64,000 bases of DNA from Octopus sinensis (taxonomy: Eukaryota). Below are positions 25,791 through 38,921 of the stretch, one piece after another. Below the pieces are notes generated by a model, which was not told the DNA's origin, ran no database searches, and saw nothing but the letters and a program-made list of their open reading frames with translations. The translations under genes and the position numbers were made by a program. Each line of letters begins with the position of its first letter. Position 1 is the stretch's first letter. The DNA lies in assembly GCF_006345805.1 (NCBI RefSeq), contig NC_043019.1, forward strand, positions 6,447,360-6,511,359, written 5' to 3'.

Positions 25791-27172
25791 ACTAGACCGT
25801 AAGATCGCAGTTAATATACTTGTATATATATCTTTGTACTTGTTTCAGTCATTAGACTGCGGCCATTTTGTGGCACCACCTTCAAGAACTGTCGTCCTAC
25901 ACATCGCCCCCAGTACAATTTTAAACTATGCTATGCACATAACCAGTTATACGGCAAAAACTGGAATAGTAGATACAGCAAGATTTAAATAAAGTTACGA
26001 TTCTGTGTATTTGATATGCTTGAAGAATTAACTAGAATCAATTTAAAAAGATATATCATGATAAATCTGCTTGCATTGGTAAATAAAAGCAGTAGTATTG
26101 TTTAGGAGCAGAATTTTAAATAAATAATTTAAAGAGTTGTAATTCAACAAAACAAAATATGTACTTAAGAATTTTGTCTGAAGAAAAAATTCTAAGTTGA
26201 TAGATGTGTGGAATCTAGAGAGAATAGTTCTTGAATATTGGTTTTGATAAGCAATTAATTATTTTGGGGAAATATATAAATATACACATACATACGAGTA
26301 AAGAGTAGACGGCTTAGATAAGTAGAATTGAAACTTATTGTTTCCCAACGTATTTCTTTACATTATAATTTTAGACTAGACGTACGAAGATAAACGAAGA
26401 TATAACCACATAACGCGAAAATTTTTAGATAATCATCAAAAAGATATTATTCGTCAAAAAACACTATCTATAAATATATGATATTGTCTTTAAAAACCGG
26501 AAAACAGATTATTCGCTGTAACAGTGCCACTATATTTCTGCACAAATTGTACTTACGTATGGTAAGATATACAAAATATCAACGTAAAACACACATATAT
26601 TCTTATCTACTCTTGGAACGTGGCCCAAAATAGTCAAGACTATTGAAAAGGTTGCAAGACGCAACGAATAGTTTAGGAAAGTAAAAGTAAGAAATAAGTG
26701 GAAATTTTACCGGTGAGTGAGTTACATTATAAGGTACAAAAAGAAAATGACTCTCCCCAGACACAACAGAATATGCTTCAACACACGAACTCAAATAAAG
26801 AATCTTGCAAACCAAATCCAAAAACGAAATAATACAAAATATATTAGACTAAAAATTATACTAAAAATTATATATCAATAATAGACTGATGTCTGGTATC
26901 AGCTAAAGGAATATTTAAGTTATTGAACATTCATATTTTACATTAATCTCTTGTAAAAAAATAAGGGTATTACATGAAACAGTTGTACTGCATTACCTCT
27001 GGATATCCTTGTTGCTTATTTTGATTTTATTCACCTTACTTTGAAATTGTATGGATAATACCGTACTAAATTCTGGTGCCTCAACTTAATTACCATATTC
27101 ATCTGAATCTAAATTTTTACTGAACTCATCTACTTTACCCAAAGTATATATGTATATATATATATATGTATA

Positions 27173-27210
<38 letters not shown>

Positions 27211-27745
27211 CATACATACATATATATATATTGGATTTTGATGCAGAGCATTTAAATACTCATCAGTGACTCTTACCACCCCTAGGGCTAAACTCAACTC
27301 ATACGCTGGTTTTAAAACGGTAAAAGTGTAAACTTCAAAAGTATATTGGTGGCTTATTAGCAAGTTAACAACCTAAGGCAATTAATAGACGTCACTAAAG
27401 TGTCAGAAGGTACTAATTAGTACCAATATTGCTAGAAATAAGGGTTATGCTTTTAGCGTGTGTGTATGTATATATGGCGTGCTTTGCATATCTGACGATT
27501 TGGTCTTTAATTCTGATTATGTAATAATAATCGCTTTATGTTAATGAAATATGCGTAAGATGGTGCAATTATCTTATGAACTATCTGTCATGTTTTGTTT
27601 TGTTAGATCTACCAAGTATTTATATAAGTAAATACACCCACACACACACACATATATATATACATACTTGGTAGATCGGCGGTCAAACTTGTTGAGCACT
27701 AAATTATTATGCGTGGTAGAATGTATAAAATGACGTATATATAAC

Positions 27746-28124
27746 CTTTTCTATTTTAGGCACAAGGCTTCAACCTTTTGGGGAGGAGTCCAGTCGATTA
27801 GATCGACCCCAGTACGCAATTGGTACTTAATTCATCGAACCCGAATGGATGAAAGGCAAAGTCAACCTCGGCGAAATTTGAACTCAGAGCGTAACGGCAG
27901 ACGAAATACCTATTTCTTTACTCACCGCAAGGGGCTAAACACAGAGGGGACAAACAAGGACAGATAAACGGGTTAAGTCGATTATATAGACCCCAGTGCG
28001 TAACTGGTACTTATTTAATCGACCCCGAAAGGATGAAAGGCAAAGTGGACCTCGGCGGAATTTGAACTCAGAACGTAACGGCAGACGAAATACCGATAAC
28101 GTTTCTACCAGCTCGCCGCCTTAC
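27746..28124 (-). mobile_element. SINE family A dimer (one head, tail a then tail b) with a 14-bp TSD
   Basis: TSD GACGTATATATAAC at 27732-27745 and 28125-28138. Confidence 0.9.
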
Positions 28125-28618
28125 GACGTATATATAACGTTACCTAGATCATCTAGGTAACTTGTTCACCTAGATCGGCCTGGTTGTCTGTTGCCGTGTC
28201 AGCTCCGCCGGTCACAGCATTCGATCCACTCCCCTTGTGCTCTCACTATTCTCCTCATTGGGAGTCATCCGAGTGTTCTCTTCTGTTCGCGCGGGTACCA
28301 CTCGACAGCTGCACGCTCCACCGATTGTCTGTGAACTTTGCGACATGACCGGCTCATTGTAACTTTCCGTGGTGGTATTCTGTGGTGACGTGGATATATT
28401 AAAATAGCATTCTGTTGGAAGACACTGTTGTAGTAATTTATTATATAAAAACAGGTTACTAATTAAAAGCTAATAATAGGCTATGGTGTTCGGCCTACGA
28501 GTATATGGTCGTACGTTTAATCTCTAGACACCACACTGTCTAGGGATTCTGTTTACTCTATTCCATTCAATTGAAAATGATCCCTAGCTAAGCGCTGGTA
28601 TAACCTTTTTTACCTGCT

Positions 28619-28843
28619 AGCTGGCAGAAATGTTAGCACGCCGGGCGAAATGTTTTGCGGTATTTCGTCCGCCGCTGCGTTCTGAGTTCAAATTCCGCCG
28701 AGGTCGACTTTGCTTTTCATCCTTTCGGGGTCGATAAATTAAGTACCAGTTACGCACTGGGGTCGCTGTAATCGACTTAATCCGTTTGTCTGTCCTTGTT
28801 TGTCCCCCCTGTCTTTAGCTCCTTGTGGGCAGTAAGGAAATAG
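28619..28843 (+). mobile_element. SINE family A monomer
   Basis: Complete head, B-box GAGTTCAAATTCC, Meta-like domain and tail a. Confidence 0.9.
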
Positions 28844-29234
28844 ATGTTCCCTTGGATTTATTTCCGAGAGTAGGGAATCTTTGCATGCAACTACGCAGGC
28901 AGCTGAAACAATTCGCGAAGGAATGGTAACATGCTGACAAGTTGAATTCGCTTGTGAATGACGGCTGTGGTTTTATTAAATGTTTAAATAAAACAATAAC
29001 AACGTATCAAATTTGTGTAAAAAGAAATACACGAGAGTATAAAGTTAGAATATGAATGTCTATATGGAATTAATAGGATTAAAATTAAATATAGATAAAA
29101 GAAATTGTGACAAGTCTGAATTGTATCAACAAAAAGCATTAAAATTGCTACGAAGATATAGAGAGAAATATGTCATCAAATATAACGAATGTGTGTAAAC
29201 GGTGCCTACATTGAAGAAGAAAGAATATAAATTA

Positions 29235-29395
29235 CTAGCAGAATCGCCCGGCGTTACTCGGGTTTCTTTCGACCCTTTAGAATTGGAATTTTTGAAAATT
29301 TTAAAATTTTGCATTATGCAGCTTGTTATTCTCTTGAAGTGAACATTTTTCTGGTTGAAATACACCGAAACATTTTTCTGATTGAAATACACCGA
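29235..29395 (-). mobile_element. Helitron 3' terminus fragment
   Basis: The minus strand ends CCCGAGTAACGCCGGG (GC hairpin), then 9 nt, then CTAG followed by T. This is the canonical Helitron 3' signature. The inner boundary is approximate. Confidence 0.7.
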
Positions 29396-29399
29396 AATA

Positions 29400-29530
29400 T
29401 ATACGACGGGCTTCTTTCAGTTTCCGTCTATCAAATCGACTCACGCGGCTGTAGTAGAAGACACTTGCCCAAGGTGCCACGCAGTGGAACTTAACCCGGA
29501 ACCATGTAGTTCGTAAGCAAGCTACATATA
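29400..29530 (-). mobile_element. SINE family B head fragment
   Basis: CGACGGGCTTCTTTCAGTTTCCGTCTA..GAAGACACTTGCCCAAGGTGCCACGCAGTGG. Confidence 0.75.
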
Positions 29531-30077
29531 CCTATGTTCATTACATTTTTAAAAAATTGAAGTTAATCCTACAGAAGCGTTTGAGGCCGAGCTAGTGTTG
29601 ACTGTAGTGAAATAGATAAACTCTAGGGAAATTTATTGCTGTTGATGCAATTATTTTGATAAGTCGTTAATGCTATTGTGACAGGTTTCGATTCACAAGC
29701 TTGATGTGTGACAAGGGTGATGTGCGTTTGTGTGCTCATGTGTGTGTATGTGCGCATGTGTGTGTATGTGCGCATTTTGTGTGTGTGTTTGGGGACAACC
29801 CCAGTACGAGTTTGAATAAATATTTAGTTAGAGAAGTGAATATTTGTAAGATCAACGGCAGGCATTTCAAATTGAAATATCTCATTCTATGTGAAACAGG
29901 TTTTAAAACTTAATTCCGAATGTTTTACACTTTCTATGTCCCTGGCTTCCATCACTGATTCTTATGAAAACACTTTTTAGTCAGAAATAATTTTGCTTAT
30001 ATGTAAATTCCCAAAAACACTTTTAGCCCGATTAATTTTTTTCTTTCTCGCTTTTATATTTTTTCTAATTTGATGTA

Positions 30078-30647
30078 TAGGGTGTCCGTAAAGCCTCTCT
30101 ACAATTTTAAAATTTTATTACAAAGGCAGTTAACAAGATATCTTAACCAGATTTATTTTATTGTAATAATTTTTTATTAAAGTTTTTTTAAAACTATTAT
30201 TCAATATGTGCACCATTAGTTGCGCGAAGCACATCAAGACGGTACTCGATTTCTTGCCATGTTCGCTGTAGGATAGCCTCATCAACGGTGGCAATGGTAT
30301 TACGAATCCTTTGCTTCAAGTCACCAATGTCCCGTATCTTTGTTTGATACACGATATATTTTACATAACCCCATAAAAAGAAGTCCAATGGAGTGATATC
30401 TTGCAATTGCAGTGGCCATGGAATTGGCCCATCCCTTCCAATCCATCAGTCTGGAAATGTTTGATTGAGGAACTGATTCACTGAATCAGTTCTCTTCCAT
30501 CAACAAAGTATCTAAAACACAAAAATTTAATATCAATAAAACCTTTAATAAACAATTATTAAAATAAAACAAATCTGGCTAAAATATCTCATCAACTGCC
30601 TTTATAATAATCTTTTTAAATAGTAAAGAGACTTTATGGGCACCTTG
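30078..30647 (-). mobile_element. Tc1/mariner-superfamily deletion derivative with ~110-bp TIRs
   Basis: TA-flanked inverted ends (C/T)AGGGTGTCCGTAAAG and CTTTATGGGCACCTTG. The internal transposase C-terminus is DITPLDFFLWGYVKYIVYQTKIRDIGDLKQRI..YRLDVLRATNGAHIE*. Confidence 0.9.
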
Positions 30648-31488
30648 TATATCTAAATGAAAATGGTTACAAGTTTTAGATCAGCCTTGACTCAAATAGA
30701 GGCACCTAAATTTTCTGAAAACACTTTAGAATTACTTCCGTATTCTTTGCGTTGTTCTGGTGCTGTAGTTACGCAATGATAACAGGCTGACATAAAGATG
30801 TAAACCCTGTTAATGAAAATCTTCTATGTAATGCATTCCAAATATGCAATCAAATAATCTCACTGAAGTCTCGTCGACTCTTTTTGACTCATATTGACAT
30901 CGAAAACGCATTATGTTGGTTCTTAATCCAAGCAGAGTTGTCATAGAAGAAAATAGATTTCCTTAGCTTGTAATATAATGCCAATGTACGTGCTTTTAAT
31001 AGAGGTGAACTATTTTATGTGTGTTTTTGCGGTGGTATGTTGTTGTAATGTTTCAGTGATTTGTAGAGCAGAAGTCAGTTTATCACCCTGGAAAACAAAA
31101 GGTAATTCTTATTCTGAAGAGACAATATTAAAACATTTTATATTAAGGAATTCGTGTTATTCATAAAGATGTATCTATGATTTAATCTTGAATTTGGTAA
31201 CGCTAGAATCTGTTATGTTTTTACATACGATACATAAATTTGATTTGAAAGTATGAACAACTGTAGCTGAAGCGTAGTCGGTAAAGTTCGGCTTATGATA
31301 GTTGAACGCAAAATATATTTCCTAAGTTAAACAATATATCAAACTTAGTTGCTCTATTTAGTTCAGTGTCAATGATTTTAGTAATAACATTGATAACAAA
31401 GAAGCAGCTTTTAAAAAAATAACTTTAGAGCTAAACTCAGTATTGATTGTTAAATTAATATTTGTTATATTTTCGATGTTGCCTCTGC

Positions 31489-31891
31489 TTACTCTTACTC
31501 TTTTACTCTTTTACTTGTTTCAGTCATTTGACTGCGGCGATGCTGGAGCACCGCCTTTTAGTCGAGCAAATCGACCCCGGGACTTATTCTTTATAAGCCT
31601 AGTACTTATTCTATCGGTCTGTTTTGCCGAACCGCTAAGTGATGGGGACGTAAACACACCAGCATCGGTTGTCAAGCAATGCTAGGGGGACAAACACACT
31701 CACACACATATATACATATACATATATACGACAGGCTTCTTTCAGTTTCCGTCTACCAAATCCACTCACAAGGCATTGGTCGGCCCGGGGCTATAGCAGA
31801 AGACACTTGCTCAAGATGCCACGCAGTGGGACTGAACCCGGAACCATGTGGTTGGTTAGCAAGCTACTTACCACACAGCCACTCTTGCGCC
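31489..31891 (-). mobile_element. SINE family B, full length, with internal (CA)/(TA) microsatellite
   Basis: Head GGCGCAAGAGTGGCTGTGTGGTAAG, B-box GGGTTCAGTCCC, CTTGAGCAAGTGTCTTC domain, internal microsatellite and an (AAAGAGT)n tail. Confidence 0.9.
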
Positions 31892-31913
31892 TAATGCTTT
31901 TATAAACTATTCT

Positions 31914-32119
31914 TTTCTATTTCTTTACTGCCCACAAGGGGCTACACGCAGAGGGGACAAACTAGGACAGACATAGGTATTAAGTCGATTATATCGACCC
32001 CAGTGCGTAACTGGTACTTAATTTATCGACCCCGAAAGGATGAAAGGCAAAGTCTGCGGAATTTGAACTCAGAACGTAAGCATTTCGCCCGGCGGGCTAA
32101 CGTTTCTGCCAGCTCGCCA
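31914..32119 (-). mobile_element. SINE family A monomer with a 17-bp TSD
   Basis: TSD CTTTTATAAACTATTCT at 31897-31913 and 32120-32136. Confidence 0.9.
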
Positions 32120-32176
32120 CTTTTATAAACTATTCTACCCATTTATTTAGGTTTGGGTAATCTCGGAGACAACATA

Positions 32177-32384
32177 CCATATTTTCCGGGATATAATTCA
32201 ACAGAGTATATAGTATAAACATGTAGCTTAAACGTTGAAACACCATCAATAGTTCTCCAAAATCTTGATGCATTTCACAAATTATTTGCGGTCGTCCAAA
32301 TTTGTCGCGGTGTCTAAGTCGACCTACTTATTTTGCCAATACATTTTGGTCTGAAATGTTCGACTTGTATACCTAAAAATACAG
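32177..32384. mobile_element. Tc2/pogo-like MITE
   Basis: TA-flanked inverted ends CCATATTTTCCGGGATATAATTC and CGACTTGTATACCTAAAAATACAG. Confidence 0.7.
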
Positions 32385-32692
32385 TATTTGCTAAGACCCA
32401 ATCAACAAACTCGTATACTGTCACTCGTCTTGTTAAAAGTAACGATTATGGAAACAGAGGGTTAGTCGAGTCATCCCGGAACTGAGTCTACAATGGCTGT
32501 GGTTCTGGCTCTTTGTCTTCTGATTTCAAATACCGCCTTTATCAACACCTGCGACATCATAGCGAGAAACTGGTCCTTCTAATGTCGGCCAACAAGACGG
32601 AGATCAGCCCTAACTGTGCAGACGCACTTCCCAGCCGGGTTCATTGTCGTATTTGATATCAGAAACATCAAGGATAACATAATTTAAAGCGT

Positions 32693-33006
32693 GTGGAGGC
32701 ACATGGCCTAGTGGTCAGAGCAGCGGACTCGCGGTCGAGGGATCGCAGGTTCGAATCTCAGACCGGGTGATGTGTGTGTTTATGAGCGAAACACCTAAAG
32801 CTCCACGCGGCTCCGGCAGAAGGTAATGGCGAATTTCTGCTGACTCTTTCGCCACAACTTTCTCTCACTCTTTTCTCCTGCATCTTGCAGCCCACCTGAG
32901 ACGGACCGGCGTCCCGTCCAGGTGGGGAACCTATACACCAAGAAACCGGGAAACCGGCCCTTATGAGTCACGCATGGCTCGAGAAGGAACAAACAACGAA
33001 CAACAA
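32693..33006 (+). mobile_element. SINE family C2 (family C head and body with a different 3' tail)
   Basis: Head GTGGAGGCACATGGCCTAGTGGTCAGAGCAGCGGACTCGCGGTCG with A and B boxes. The tail ends GGCTCGAGAAGGAAC followed by AAC-type repeats. Confidence 0.85.
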
Positions 33007-33344
33007 TAAATTTAATGTGTCCTTCTTTTTAAAGGTGTTAGTGTATAATATGTAAGATATTTGGCTGTTATTTCTAGCAGACAGGGCAGAAAGTTTGGAT
33101 GCTATTTGAAGCACATATAGCCAACAGGTACATTCTCCACATTTGTTTCGTATTCATTCTGTGATATGGTGGTGGTAGTGGTGGAGGTGTTCTTTGCCCA
33201 CAGTCATCATATATCAATATCGAAGCCTTCTTAGAAAAAGGGCGGGTATTTTTCGTTAAAATCTTAGATTTATACGCGAATATAATTTAAAACTTAATTT
33301 AATAAACTGGCTTATTGCTAATTTGGTTGGAATCATCTGTTATT

Positions 33345-33909
33345 TATTGATGTCGTCGTAGTCGTCGTTGTTGTTGTTGCTGTTGTTGTTGGTGGTGGTG
33401 GTGGTGATGGTGGTGGTGATTGTGCTGGTGGTGGTGGTGGTGGTGGTGGTGGTGGTGGTGGTGTTGTGGTGGTGGTTGTGGTGGTGGTGGTGGTGGTGGT
33501 GGTGGTGTTGGTGGTGGTGGTGTGTGGTGGTGGTGGTGGTGGTGGTGTGTGGTGGTGGTGGTGGTGGTGGTGGGTGGTGGTGTTGGTGGTGGTTTTGGTG
33601 TTGTTGGTGGTGGTGGTGGAGGTGGTGGTGTTGGTGGTGGTGGTTGTGGTGGTGGTGGTGGTGGTGGTGCTGCTGGTGTTGGTGGTGGTGGTTGTGGTGG
33701 TGGTGGTGGTGTGTTGTTGGTGGTGGTGGTGGAGGTGGTGGTGTTGGTGGTGGTGGTTGTGTTGGTGGTGGTGGTGGTGGTGGTGGTGGTGGCGATGGTG
33801 ATGGTGGTGGTGTTGGTGGTGGCGGTGGTGGTGGTGGTGGTGGAGGTGGTGGTGTTGGTGGTGGTGGTTGTGGTGGTTTTGGTGTTGGAGGTGGTGGTGT
33901 AGGTGGTGC

Positions 33910-33940
<31 letters not shown>

Positions 33941-34082
33941 GTTGGTGTTGTTGGTGTTGTTGTTGGTGGTGGAGGTGGTGGTGTTGGTGGTGGTGGTTGT
34001 GGTGGTTTTGGTGGTTTTGGTGGTGGTGGTGGTGGTTTTGGTGGTTTTGGTGTTGGTATTGGTGGTGATGGTGGTGTTGTTG

Positions 34083-34114
<32 letters not shown>

Positions 34115-34313
34115 GGTGGTGGTGGCAGTCTTCCTTTTCTGCTGCTATAGAGTGTATTACACTCGATTATAGTGAAGGGTCAAGTGCGGGGAACTATTAT
34201 GATGAAAGCTGCTGCTGCAGTCGCCACTGCCACTGTAGCTGCCGTTGCTGTTCCTGATGATGATGAAGATGATGATGATGATGATGAGGATGATGATGAT
34301 GATGAGGACGATG

Positions 34314-34350
<37 letters not shown>

Positions 34351-34930
34351 GGATGATGATGAGGATGATGAGGATGATGCTGATGATGATGATGATGATG
34401 ATGAGGATGATGATGATGATGATGATGATGAGGATGATGATGAGGATGATGATGAGGATGATGATAATGATGATGATGACGTGATCTTCCTGAGAAACGG
34501 GATAATGGCAAATATGTTAACGTTGATTATGGTCACGAATAGCATACCGATGATGATAAAGAGGAAGAGGAAAAGGAGGTAGAGGAGGTGGAGGAGGAGG
34601 CTGGTGATGATGATGTTGATGATGATGATGATGGTGGTAGCGAACAGCAACAAGGAAAAACTGCTTTATAAAGCCCCATAAATAACAACGAAGACGACGA
34701 TAACAGGTACAGCAGCAGCAGCAGTAGGCCGCAGTAGCAGCAGCAGCAGCAGCAATTGTATTCAAGGAAACGGGTACTGTAACATCTTCATCAACACCTC
34801 CTCCTACAACAACAACAACAACAACAACAAGACCATGAATAAGCACGATAATATCAACAGCAACAACAACATCAACAACAACAACGACAGCAAGAACAAC
34901 AACCACAGCAAGAACAATGCTATCAATAAT
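33345..34930. repeat. Ordered compound trinucleotide tract (GTT)-(GGT)-(GAT)-(GAG)-(GCA)-(CAA)
   Basis: Read directly from the sequence; (GGT)n alone spans ~33400-34125. Confidence 0.9.
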
Positions 34931-35188
34931 TGAGTGAGAAAGGAAAAGATGTGTTTTAGCTCTAATTAAAATAAGGAAATTTATTTATTCATTTATTCCT
35001 TTTTATTTTATTTATTTCCTGATTTATCGTTTCGAATTTCGTTTCATTCTTGGATTAAATTAATCTTAATTACATTCTAATCCTCTCACTAATCTCTGCC
35101 TGATCGTTTTAGTCATATCACTTTCAAGAAGCTGCCGCTGCTGTTTCATATATATGTGTACACACACACACATATATATATATGTACG

Positions 35189-35232
<44 letters not shown>

Positions 35233-35330
35233 CGTATATGTGTGTGTGTACATACATATATATATAATATATATATATATTTGCATATGTATATATATAT
35301 ATGTGTGTGTGTGTGGTGTGTATGTATGTA

Positions 35331-35386
<56 letters not shown>

Positions 35387-35792
35387 ATATATATATATCT
35401 ATATATATATATACATATATATATTCGTTGATGGGATTTTCCTCACTGTTATTTTAAACACCCTCACGTATTAGCATCTGTACCTCAGCTAAATACAGAT
35501 ATTCATCCAGAAGTGTATTTGTTTAAGACATAAAATATTATGCTTAAAAGCACTGTGAGGTATTTTGAGGGGGGAAGGAAGGAAGAAAGGGACGAAGGAA
35601 GGAAGGAATTAACGAACGAACGAACGAACGATCGAAGGAAAGAACGAAGGAAGGCTTTTTTCTTAGGTTTTTTTCTTTTCATTCTAATATGGCTTCCAAT
35701 CTTAGAGCTTAAGATTTGAACAAAAGGGTGAATACATATTTTCAACGATTATGACACAAGGTCGCAAATTAAAAGAAATAATCTTTAAAGAA

Positions 35793-36265
<473 letters not shown>

Positions 36266-38149
36266 TGTTGTTTTTTTTTAGTTTAGTCAGATGTAAAAGT
36301 GTCTACAAACAGTCGCGTATATTCATCTCTGAGCTGTTTATTTTGAATTGTTTTTCCTCCCCCCTTATGTTATTTTAAAAGCTCCTTACGTCATCACAAT
36401 TAGCACGTATCAGGAGACAAAGTCATATTGAAACACTTCTCTGTTGTTGCAATGTTTTTTTTTTTAAGACAAAAGATATTAAGTGGAAGAATTTTCATTT
36501 TGATGTCTGCTAAGCAAGTGAAGATGCAAATATAGATTTCATTTTCTGTTAATGCTTCTCTTGTCAAGAGAAAGGATAATGCTTTTAACCCCCTTTTTGG
36601 GGTCTTTGAGAACTGATGAGAAGAACAGAAAGCGAGAACGGGAACGAGGAGGAATGCGCAAATTGGAAGCTTAAATTGAATGCCTGCAAGATATAAGACT
36701 CTGGTGAAGGTAACCAAAGACCCGGTGATCGAAGGGGTCAAACCGATAATTAAAACACGAAGTCGACAATTAATTGTGTGTTGAGTTTTTGTCTGCTTAT
36801 TGTTTTTTTTCTTTTGTCAAAGGGAGTCTAGGATTAGATAGAGAAGAAATGGTTGTACTCATGACAGATTTTATAGGATCTTCGTGAGTGTTGGTGGTGA
36901 CGGTGACAGTGAGGGTGAGAGAAACAAGTGTGTAAAGAGACATTGAATAAAATAGCTGTCGACAAACAGCGGCCCGCGGGACTTTCCCAATTCCACTCTT
37001 AACGAAAAATTACCTTGACATTTTTTTTAGCAGTGCGACTCACCTGATTACGAGCCTAATTTCATGATGCCCGCTTCTCGAAAACGGTGGCCAATTCCTG
37101 CTGTAAATCATCCCGATAGTCTGAACTCAGTTTCAGGTAGCCACTGTCCAGGAGATGTTGCTAGGCAGGGTGATGAATGAAGCATATTACACAGACGTCA
37201 CCACAGTCAGTTGGGTTCCTGTAGAGTTTTTGAATATCTAAATTTCACCCTAAGAGACTGGCTCGATTCCAAGCGAGGGTAAAGCGAAAAAACCGAAGAT
37301 AACAGGATGTTGATAATAATTAAGAACCTAGGGAAAAATGTCAGCATAAACTCACCAATTCTATCCTTGGGCGAGGCTACTTTCACGTAGAGACTCACCA
37401 TTATGACTGCGCACTAATGTTAATCGGTTTGAAGGAAAAAAATCCAATACCACTGTAAGTACTGCAATTAGTCATAAGCCTTAAACCAGATAGAGGAAAC
37501 AGTAAGGTTTATAATGCCTTATTCTCCCTCAGTGCAAGCATTAACCACGCTATAGAAATTCATAGAAAAATATAATAACATAGAGATAAATATTCAACAG
37601 AATCATTAAAATAAATTACAGCTGAACGTGTAAATTCGCATTACATATCACAAATAATGAATTAAATTTCTTCCTCACCGATAAAACTCATTTACTGACA
37701 TGCAACTGTAGAATCTCCCTTTGTCTACTACGCTTCACAAAACCAGTATTATACTGTGTAAATATATTCATAGACAATCACATATCCAAATCTTTAATTC
37801 AACTGCCCGAAAACACTTTCAAAGTTGTATTCTAACAACAAATATATTTATTCACGTTCACAACCAAAGAGAAGATACTCTATCGAAATACCAACAATAA
37901 CTAACCACAATGTCAGATGCAAAACGGTAGATGCGTGGCCAACGTGCAGCTGTAACAAGTGTGTTGCAGAGAAAATGGACATGCCATTCTATACCAGATC
38001 AATAGTGAACTTACAATGCGAATCGAAACACTTCTGTGTGCACAGACGTAAAATAGCAAAACAATAGCTTGAAAACTAGCAACATTACCTACATCCACGC
38101 ATGCCCTAAATTGTGTAACTAACAAATACAGCCAGAATATCTCACGTTA

Positions 38150-38170
38150 TATATATGCATGCATACACAC

Positions 38171-38201
<31 letters not shown>

Positions 38202-38723
38202 CATACATACATACTTACATACATACATACATACATACATACTTACATACTTACATACATACATACATATATACATACATACGTACGTACGTACGTACGT
38301 ACGTACGTACATACATACATACATACATACATACATACATACATACGTACATACATACGTACGTACGTACATACATACGTACGTAAGTACGAACATACAT
38401 ACATACATACATACATACATACATACGTACATACATACGTACGTACGTACATACATACGTACGTAAGTACGAACATACATACATACATACATACATACTT
38501 ACATACATACGTACGTACGTACGTACGTACTTACCTACATACATACATACATATATACATACATACATACATACATACTTACATACATACATATATACGT
38601 ACGTACATACATACATACATACTTACATACATACATACATACATACATACATTCATACATACATACTACATACATACATACATACATACATACATACATA
38701 CATACATACATACATACATACAC

Positions 38724-38766
<43 letters not shown>

Positions 38767-38888
38767 AATAATACCAAGTATTGTACAATTGACATCTTAA
38801 GCCAAAATGTTCCGCTTTATATCTAGATCTTATAAACTGAGTGCTGATTCAGGTTGATTTTACACTCCACCATACATAGATAGATAGA

Positions 38889-38921
<33 letters not shown>

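Noticed and set aside
27240-27266. Minus-strand CTGATGA followed by a hairpin
   Set aside because: No GAAA follows the hairpin.
34172-34582. Poly-Asp/Glu ORF resembling an acidic matrix protein
   Set aside because: It is part of a continuous compound trinucleotide tract, starts at GTG and has no signal peptide or exon boundaries.
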